From: Paragordius varius
Taxonomy: Eukaryota; Animalia; Nematomorpha
NCBI GenBank assembly: GCA_964247055.1
Contig: OZ176051.1
Coordinates: forward strand, 15,128,001-15,192,000
Length of the DNA stretch: 64,000 nucleotides
Direction of reading: 5' to 3'
A model generated the notes under the pieces. It was not told the origin of the DNA and made no database searches. It worked only from the letters and a program-made list of their open reading frames with translations. Made by a program: the position numbers and the translations under genes. Positions 54,689-64,000 of this stretch are shown here, piece by piece (positions within the stretch are counted from its first letter, which is position 1; every line of letters begins with the position of its first letter).

Positions 54689-57365
54689 ATGTTGCTAGAA
54701 ATCAATTTTATAAACTTCGTTCTTGTTTTAGTAACGGTTTCCATGCAGTATTTTCTCTCAAAAATATCATACAACTCATTTTACATCCCAACTTTTGTTG
54801 ATAAAAAAAAGAACATTCCAATACCGGATCAGCATCATACCATTTCGTCACAAATCGCAAAACGAACACAAAGAAATAAACTAAATCTTGATCATAGCAA
54901 AAAAGTAATTTATCCAAAAAAACAAAATAGTCCAAAAAAGAGTGGGAGCTTAGTTGGTCAAACTGCTGCATTAATTGGGGGTAAAAATTAGTTATCAGCT
55001 AAAACAATAGTTGGATTAGTTGAAATTTGTTAAAATGGTACAATGTATATACATATAATATAGCTGCGGCGACAGGTAAATTTTTAATATTTTTATTTTT
55101 ATAACATTTATTGATAAAAATATTTACAACAGGTGTGATTGGTGGTATGTTATTTTATTTATTAAATTATATTCAATTAATAAATTCCTTTTGTTCCAGA
55201 CAGATATTGTATCTTATAGTTTTTTGTCTATACTTTTTCTAACAGAAAAAAAAGTGGTTAAGTCAGCGCAATGCATTAAATATCTTTGAAAAGGTTATAA
55301 ACAGTTGACTATTTGGCTATATTTTATGACCCCTAAACTTTTACTATTAATTTTTTGTCGTAAGTTTATAATATTAAAAGCGTGTCAGGGATTTCAAACT
55401 TTAACAGGTTAATATTATCGAAAGGGGTATTATATTTTAAAGAATGGATGGATTAACACATGGTTTATTTCTACTCTTCTGTTCGAGTGCCATACTTTCC
55501 CCGTCTCTTTCTCATATATTTCGAATCAAAGCTTATCATTTATTTTGAGGACTGAGTTGGTATATGTAGTACTTATAAATTAGTTTTTAATGTTGATTAA
55601 TTAGTATGCGATCTTGTAAAAAATTTAACTTTCTGTAAGTTTGCCAATATTAATGTCATTTTTCATTTTAGCCGTCGTGGGAGCCGGAGCTTCGGAAACA
55701 CCAGAAGTGATAGCTGTCGCCCAAGGCGTCAATGATATGGAGTTGGGTGAAGATTTAGCACAAAATCGCGCAAACAACGAAAACCCAACTGTTGAAGAAA
55801 ATAGTATTGAAGAACGACAAGAAAATCCAGAAAGAAACTCAAGATCTGAGCATGAAACTAATCATCCTTCTCAGTCGACTTCTTCCAATAGTTACATATT
55901 GACTATTTTAAATATTGAAATATACGGACAAACCGTAAAATAAAGACAACTATTTTTTTGAAAAAAAAACCATTTTTGCAAAATATATAATTGAATGTGA
56001 TATATAACGCTAAAAAATTTAAAATTTTAAGCAAGATAAGTATTTTAAATTTTATTTAAAGAAAAGGGATATCTTTTGTAAAAAATTGTTGTCTTTATAT
56101 ATCTGCGTTTTGTCCGTATACATTCATTTACTGTATAAATAGCAATTTAGTTTATATTTTCCAGATTATGAGATTATTAGTTGTTGCATATCTATCGATA
56201 ATATTGTTTTTTAATTAGATCCACCAGCGGAGAATGCATTGGATACAGACGATATTGGTAATTTTGAAAATAAAAATAAATGCGGTACAAATGAAAATAC
56301 AACAAAACTTGAAATTATATTATGGACAAAACGTCAAAATATAAAAAAAAATTTTTTATCTAAAAGACAACCATATTTTTAAATTAAATTTAAGCAGCTA
56401 TTTAGTTACAATTGTAAAATATAAATTGATTGTGCTAGTTCTATATATCTCTATTTCACACTCCATTCAAATGAGTTTTATTGAAATAAATCATGATTAA
56501 AAAAGTATAATTGTCTTTTAGAAAAAGATACTTGCCTTTATACGTTTTGTCAGTATAATTTCAATTTTTACTGTAAAAACAATAGTTATATTGTATTATT
56601 TAGCTGATAGACCAGAACACACACCAGAAGAAATCGAAAATGGTTAAATTTATATCGAAATTAATATAAGACGCAATTATATTTAACAATTTTTAAAATA
56701 ACATAGCTCGAGAAATCGTGGATCGATACGGTATAACTATCACCATATTATATTAATATTTATCATTTGAAGGAATATATCATTATTTAAATGTGTATAA
56801 TGATAGGAATGTATCATTTAAAAGCAGGTTTTAATTTTTATAAATAATTTTTAAATACTATTATTAGATACTACATAATTTCTTATATATTTAGCTCTAT
56901 ACAATATAGAAACTGGTAAAGCAACTGAATACACAAATCAATTTATTTTATTCTAAACTTCATATATTTATTTAGGGGCAGAGAATGTGGTGTATGAAGC
57001 GGAAAATATAGTTACGAGTAAGTTTTTATAAATTACTAATAATCTAGACACAGAAATCAAAATTATAGGATTAACGCAAACATCTAAAACTAATATTTTT
57101 TTAAGATAGCAATACTTTTTAACCATGTGAATTTTGGCTCCCAAAATATAGAATGTAGATGTATATTGGTGAGAGGCTCTATTCAAATATCATGGTTTAA
57201 AAGAGTGCGACTGTCTTTTTTTAAAAAATATTTATCTTTTAATTTTAACGTTTAATATGTTTAATGCAATTTTATAACTAAAGACACCAGGTTTCTTGGA
57301 AGAGGTATGGAAAATATTTATACATAATAACGAATAATATTTGCTATTTAACAGATTTAACATGA
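54689..57365 (+). CDS. Micro-exon gene, 5' part: signal-peptide-like N-terminus, Gly/Ala-rich and acidic segments, then short helical exons
   Basis: Exons 54689-54980 (MLLEINFINFVLVLVTVSM...), 55064-55075, 55133-55144, 55672-55890, 56219-56257, 56604-56642, 56707-56730, 56807-56827, 56895-56915, 56976-57017, 57284-57304, and a candidate stop exon 57355-57365. All have AG/GT boundaries, phase 1-1, and no junction stops. Extra small exons at 55246-55462 and 56165-56179 are uncertain. Confidence 0.75.
55905..56155. mobile_element. Tc1/mariner-like MITE in an intron of the micro-exon gene
   Basis: attgaaatatacggacaaacc ... gttttgtccgtatacattcatttactgta. Further intronic copies at ~56305-56576 and ~58705-58990. 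Confidence 0.75.
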
Positions 57366-58083
57366 ATTTTAATTATTTTCATTACATTAATATTTTTGAG
57401 CGCTTGCATAAATCCAACCGTTAAGCCATGTAATGCATAATTTCGTTTAAACTGAAATTCTTTAAGAGACATATATCCGACCAATTTTTAGAATGTGTTT
57501 TATGTTGACAATTTGTTTCATAACAATATTTGACCGGAAAAACAGAAATTGGACATGCATAATATATTTTTATATGTTAAAAGTCAATGAAGGATGAAAA
57601 TGGCATTTTAACGTCGCAGTTTACAAAATGGGCGCCTTCGGCTAAATTTAAAATCATTAAATACTCCAACTTAAAAACGCTTCCTTAATGTTTTATGATT
57701 AATTTAATTTATTTTTGAAGCGTTTTAACAGAAACTAATAATGCTAAAAATATACAATAAATATTAATAAAAACAAAACTATTAATGAACTTGTTTAAGT
57801 TTAATAGTGATTATTGCAATACAAAACATGTAAATTGGTAAAGTGATCATAATAAAAATCAAAAAAGCCTATTTTTCGTGATTTTCGAATATATGGCAAC
57901 AAACTTCAAACTTTAGAAAAAATTTATAAAGTTACTAGAAAAACAATAATGATAATCTAAATCACGGTGTCAACACAATTCTCGGGCGCATACTTATGAG
58001 AATTAATATAAAACAGATGATCCTCTAATAAAGCAGCTCTCTGCATCGTTATTTTGATAAATTTAATAATTTTTTTTAATCAG

Positions 58084-61000
58084 CAATAGATAACATAAAT
58101 CAGGGTGTCATTCGTGGGTTATATTAATTTATATAATTATTAATAAATATTTATCAAATTCTTAAGACTGTATTGCCAACACAATAAATTTTTTCTAATT
58201 TATTGCCCTAAAAAATTTGACAGAGAACTATTACTTCTTATCAATATCTGGATTTGCAAATATTAAGTGGTCGCATATAACGACTCAGCGGACTTCATGT
58301 AGCACCTTGGACACCATTTAAGATTTACATATGATCCAAATGTTTAGATTTAATATTTATTAACTAGAATAAATAACAGAGTAAAATGTATTTAACAATT
58401 GCTGTTATAATTGATACAAAATAAATTTTTGATTCCCTAACTTTTTTGATTTTACATTCTTCTACTTTATTCGAAAATAACCGATTACTATCCGCATAAT
58501 TAAAATACCGGTAACCATAATTTATAAATAGAAATTTTTAAAATCCGCGATTTTTATGGATTTGAAGTTTAATCAAAAAAATTCCAAATGGTTATAGTTG
58601 TATATATTTCTAAAATTGTAATTAAACCATTCATCATATTATTAACGCTTACTATATTTCTAAAAGCTAAAATTTTTTTCATATTTATTAGTCTTCTAAT
58701 GTAAATCAAATTCAGAAATTGAAATTATACGGACAAAATTTAAAATATAAAGATAAATATTTTTTCATATGACAACCATAATTTTAAATAATTATTTAAA
58801 ATATCATTGTTTTAAACGGTAAAGTATGAAATAAAGATGTAAATTGGTAAAACAATAAATTTATTTTACAATTGAAATAAATAATTTTTATAAAATAATT
58901 AAGGTTTTTAAAAAGTATTATTGTGTTTTGAAGAAAAACTGTTTTGGAAATTTTTACGATTTGTCCGTATGTTTTCAATTTTAACTGTAAGTTACGACCA
59001 GCTTTTATTACAACGATTAAATGGCATTGTCATTATTTAAAAATTTAAATACTGTATGAAACATTAAACCATTTTTATCCACTTCATTATGCGCACAAGA
59101 GTAGGTGGCATTTTTACAAACTTGCTTTATAAGTAAATAGGGGTCTCATCCATATCTTAAATGAGTAGTCGCAAAAATGACAGTCTATAATTTCATATAT
59201 ATTTTTAGAATATTTCGAATTAATCTAATCATAGAATTTTCTCTCATATCTCTTGTGTTAAATCAATATTATAATTTTAAATTTGCTAATTGTTTAAATT
59301 ATGATTTTTTAGTTTTACGCATGACTGGGGTAAGACTTGAAAGCCATTTGCAAGGTAATGAAACAATTTAAACTTTATATAGCTTTAGGTGAATCAAGTA
59401 TGCATGTATTGATAATCAATAAAATTAGATTTCATACAAAGTAATTATATTAATGAACATACAACAACTATTATAAAGCTTAAAATACAAGTTTTTGAAA
59501 AACACCCATATTGTATACCTTGATTTTTTTAATACATTTAGAATAACAAATATATGCAATTGAGTTTGTTACCAATTAATACATTATTTTTTTTGGATCC
59601 CAAAACGAGTTATTTTAATACAAGGTTTATAATATGGTTGTCTTTTCAAAAATGTTTCCTATATTTATGTTTTGTCGTTGTATTTTACCTTATTCATCAA
59701 AAATAATTGCATGGCAGTTTTAAGAGATCAAATAACAAGTAATATATAATATTATTTAATCATTGTGCCAAATTTCGGGGCAATGAATTTATATAAAATA
59801 AATCAAAAATTTGGATAATATCTTGTAAAACGATTTTTTTGCATACTTTATAAAATAATTGATAGGAATTATTTATGAGATTGTTATCTACTCACATTCA
59901 ATTATCCTATATTTGTGCGAAACTAATGCTTGCAATAAATTAGGGAAATTTTTAAGTTTAAAACGTTAAATCGGCCCAACCAGTCTGAAATAGCTGATTT
60001 CTAAAAATTATGGAATCAGATGTATGATGCTATAAATAGGATTCACTTTGTTTTAATTAGAAACAAAATTTTGAACACAAAAATCGTAAAGTCCTTTACA
60101 GAAATAATTTTATAATATAATCTGTCGGGATGTAAATTTTACGGCATAAAGTATTATAGAGAAGTCAATTAGCAGTCATAAGTCAATCAAAAAGATAAAT
60201 TAGGTGTCAAAAAGAGGCGCTTAACAGGTACAGCGTTTAGAGCATAAATGATGGTTGCAAATTAGAAGAAGTTTTAAAGAATAAACAAGTTTTGTGGTAT
60301 AAAAAGCGGAAAATCACAATATATAAAACCATGGGAAAATGATACCACAATAAAATACGTTTTAAAGAAGAGATGATTAAAAATAGGGAGACTTATAAAG
60401 AAAATAAGTAAGCTAGGTAAACTAGTTAATTTAATAAGACGGAAAATGCTACAAATAATGACGGGATATAGCGAAAATTGAAATTTTCCAGAAAAAAATA
60501 ACTAGTTTATGGAATCAATTTTATAAACTTTGATATTCTTAATACAACCCGTCCTTTGGTTGGAAAAATTGCAAAGTTAATTATATATTTTTAGTTATTA
60601 TCTAGTTTTCTAGAAAAGAAGGGTTTTCTAAATCATGGTTTTATCTATTGATTGTCTTTTTTTACTGTAACTACAAGGATCTTTAATTAATTACTATGAA
60701 GTTGTTTGTACTACCTGGAAAAGAAATGGGTTTATAGCAGTTAGATATCAAAGGTTTAGATAGATCTTTCACAGAGTCTATTCATTGTTCTGTAAAAAGA
60801 ATGAGTTTATGGACAATTTTTTTTTGTAGTAATCCTTGTATAACAGGCACCAAAGTAATTAAAGGCAAAGCTTTAAGCCTATTATTGTTTTATATTAAAT
60901 GTTTTTAAGTAGATATATGAAAAAGTAAAATATGTATGATGTTGATCTTATTCTTTAATATTTATATTTTTTAATCGAAAAACATCTGGCTTAAAATGTT

Positions 61001-63073
61001 GCCTTGAATGTTATTCACCATAAGGGTAAATGCCCTTGGGTATAGAAGACAGAATTGTATAATGATTTTTAAATAATTGGAATCCCTGATAGTATATTAA
61101 CAAACGATAAATGATATAATAAAGTGTGTTGGTAAAACTTATAACCAGAACTATGTTTCATGTTATAGTTGAGCCGATTATGTGCGTTAATTATAAACCT
61201 TTTCGATTAAAAATAAACAATATACTTTCAAGTAGCGACGACGAGAAAGGCTGTTGAATAACTAGGAATAACCTGGGAAAATATGAGAGATGATAAAATT
61301 TAGGATGCATAATATAGTAATAGCGAAGGTATTAAAAAGGAAGAGGAGTTGATTATATTTATTTTCTTAAAATTTTTTGTTATGCCAGGTGCTGAATTTT
61401 GGGGCCTTGATTCACACACTGATATTTTAAATGATTATTTTTTTAATTAGATTTACGGCAACTTCTAGAAGGTATTTATATGTAGTTAAATATAAAATAT
61501 TACAAACAGGCGTTGAGGACGGTTTTCAAGGTATTTTCGCAATATAGCATATTTTAAATTAATTAACATAAATTAAAAATTTGCAATAAAACATTTAAAT
61601 TATTATCATAATTTGTGTTTTTTATATTAGTTCTTGAACAACGATTCAGTGGTACGTTTTTTTAGACAATGCGTAATGGAAATAACTGAATTTTTAAGCT
61701 TTGTATAAAATTTTACCCTAGACAGTACATCCGCCACTCTAGGTAATTAAAATTAATCATTATATTTTAGCCAACGATCAAAATATAGTGGGTAAGATAA
61801 TATTTGTATAATAATTTTTCATTATACCATGGCAGAAATATCCGAAGACATTAATGGTATAATTTAAATTCTAGTTCCACATAATTAATAAATATATTGA
61901 TGTTATTTTTTATAATAATAGACGCAACAAACGCTGAAGAATGTAAGATTATCGAAAATTTATTTTATGTTAATTTTGAACTTATTTTTTTACATTATTT
62001 TCGTATCCATAACCTGGTATACAACTCTGCCGGTGTCATCAGCATTAACCTTTGTGTGATTTATCTCTTTGATGAAGTCATCTCCTTATTGGTCTTCTTG
62101 TCATTTTGGCAAAAGAGTGAGAATCTCTCTTTTCGACCAAAACTAACAGTCTAATCTCTATTCTATCGATTTAACATCCGTTGAATATCTATCCTTTACT
62201 TTCCTTTTCGTTCAACCAATTTTTGTAAAAATGACGCCGAATAAATGCCTATGTCTATGACCTGATTATTTTGTCTCTCATTAAATAAATAATTTTATCG
62301 CATAAAACACTAAAGTTTTAAAATTTAACCAAATTTATTTAATTATTTACATCGGTTTGATGTTTGCAGATTTTTACTTTAAAAAATCTGCTGCCTTTTA
62401 TGTACTAATTATTATAGATAATATTCATGTATTATTCTTCATTGACCTCGCCGTTCCACTTTGATAACCCATTTGTTAAAGTTGGTACTTAAGCTAGTGT
62501 TATAATTAAATCCCAACTAACCTTTGATCAGTTTTCGCTATCAACTAATGCTTCGTTCAAAATTAAAAAATAGTTCGTATCTTAGTTTTATTCGATTGAA
62601 TAATAATTAATTTAAAATAAATTACTGAACTAAATGTAAATTGGCAAAAAATTTAAGACTTATTTCTATATAAAATGTAACGTAACCCTGATATTTTTTT
62701 GGGCTGGTAAGTTATCTTGCCAAACACAGTATTAACAGAAACTAAATTTTTGACTGCAAATTTATACAATTTTTTTATACATATATATATTTGAAGACAT
62801 GGAGGCTATTGGTAATTTTAAATCAGCATAATGACATCTTTCACAACGATTTTAAATTAATAAAGTTTTATAACTTTTTGCTTTTCAATCGGTTTTTTTC
62901 GAATATACCATCATATTTTATTTTTTTCGAAAATGATTTAATATATACGTTTTTAACTGACAATTTTTTTTATGAAATAATTAAAATATAATTTAATTTT
63001 GCTTTCTAAATTCTTCCAAATTGAGGTATTTAATTAAATTTTCATATTAGATGAAGACAATAGAGAAATATGA
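58084..63073 (+). CDS. Micro-exon gene, 3' part (or second gene): array of 21-nt heptad exons, predicted coiled coil
   Basis: Exons 58084-58104, 59313-59354, 59383-59397, 59718-59738, 61451-61471, 61510-61530, 61631-61651, 61722-61742, 61771-61791, 61836-61856, 61922-61942, 62797-62811, 63051-63073 (stop). Joined peptide AIDNINQVLRMTGVRLESHLQALGESILRDQITNLRQLLEGVEDGFQVLEQRFSDSTSATLANDQNIVEISEDINDATNAEEYMEAIDEDNREI. The seven exons at 61451-61942 are the most secure. Confidence 0.78.
60180..60470 (+). mobile_element. Decayed LINE RT fragment in an intron
   Basis: KRRLTGTAFRA and KKRKITIYKTM resemble the RTE post-RT region (KRRI..A..AF / K..IYKT). Confidence 0.35.
62140..62560 (-). mobile_element. 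Decayed RTE-type LINE 3' fragment in an intron
   Basis: Minus-strand LQKLVERKGK resembles the RTE C-terminal LQK.I.EGK..GKR. Confidence 0.4.
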
Positions 63074-63249
63074 CTTGGTAAAAGACGATGAAGAAAACAA
63101 CATTAATTTTTTAACATTTAAGATTTTATATTGTGTATATAGATTATATAAAATGGTGTCAATAAATATTAAATATATTCATTTTTTAGTGCCTTTTATG
63201 GTTAAAAATTGAAATACAAAAATATATAAATCGTTTATAGTCCATTATT

Positions 63250-64000
63250 TTGGTACGACTTGAGTTGTATTGAAAAGCTCTTTCTAGATTATAAAAGGTT
63301 TGAACTCGAGTACACTAAATATGTGTAGAAGCTGTTCGACTAGCGACTCTTAGCCTTCTTGAAGATTAGCGAGTGTGAATTATTGTTTTGAGTATGGAAC
63401 CATCAAGCCAAGAATAATGTTCTTTTGGAGCGATTCAGTTCAGTGAGATGAAGATATTTCATAGCCTCTAGATTATCAATTCGTAAAGCAAGAATTGATT
63501 TGATAAAGTTACAAATAAATGAATCAAAGATGTGGCCCAAGATCCTCTATAAGAACCGCGTTTAAAATGGGTCGGTCTTTATCAATGGATTCAAATATGC
63601 TTAATTCCTGATAATATCAACGGATTACCGTTGCCGAATCCGAGCTGCGGTCAAAAAAACAGCATAAATATAATATAACTGTAGTCTGATAAAATTTGTT
63701 CGCTTATGTGTTTATTTTGGATACTTATGTCAGCAAGCAATTGAAACAGAACCATGTCGTACGCGTACCGGAGATTAGTAACAATAAGACATCCGATATT
63801 CACTTTTATGTTGCCAAAAATCACAAGTAGGAGAGTTTTTTTTTCAGTATACAGGTTGAGAAAATGTGCATAAAGAACACATCCTTGTGTCACACCTTTG
63901 TGATCGGGACGGCCGTATTATGTTTTGGTAGCAGCTGTTTGTTAGCATACAGCGATTGTGGCCAATGTATTATGTGAGTGAAAACTGCTTTCCATCGAAA
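63250..64000 (-). mobile_element. RTE-type LINE reverse transcriptase fragment (runs off the window)
   Basis: TQGCVLYAHFLNLYTE (QGC.LSP.LFNLY) and TNLRYAYDMVLF (NLRYADD). Confidence 0.85.

Noticed and set aside
57284-57304. TRFLGR as an amidated neuropeptide signal
   Set aside because: It is a single occurrence with no repeated peptide copies or dibasic processing pattern.
61389-61409. Additional heptad exon GAEFWGL
   Set aside because: Good acceptor and open frame, but no GT or GC donor at 21 nt or nearby.
14800-61942. Link between the 21-bp foldback unit and the 21-nt micro-exons
   Set aside because: No sequence similarity between the unit and any exon; the shared length looks coincidental.

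Overview
Very AT-rich, intron-containing eukaryotic DNA, probably from an invertebrate (species not identifiable from this window). It is dense in transposon debris: RTE-type LINE fragments, hAT remnants and MITEs, Tc1/mariner-like and foldback MITEs, a tRNA-derived SINE, and degenerate Penelope-type hammerhead ribozymes. The ORF track misses almost all real genes because the exons are short. Genes reconstructed by hand: (1) a tandemly duplicated six-exon gene for a secreted protein with two fibronectin-III-like domains (10657-12358 and 15959-17680); (2) a C2H2 zinc-finger gene with 8 fingers and three 1-bp frameshifts (minus strand, 29404-30533); (3) the most striking feature, a plus-strand micro-exon gene or gene pair at 54.7-63.1 kb. 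The last is built from more than 20 symmetric phase-1 exons, twelve of them exactly 21 nt, many encoding one in-register coiled-coil-like heptad, downstream of a signal-peptide-like first exon. A second 3.4-kb tandem duplication (37-43 kb) also carries conserved micro-exon-like islands. All gene models come from manual reading of splice signals and frame, with no transcript or database evidence.
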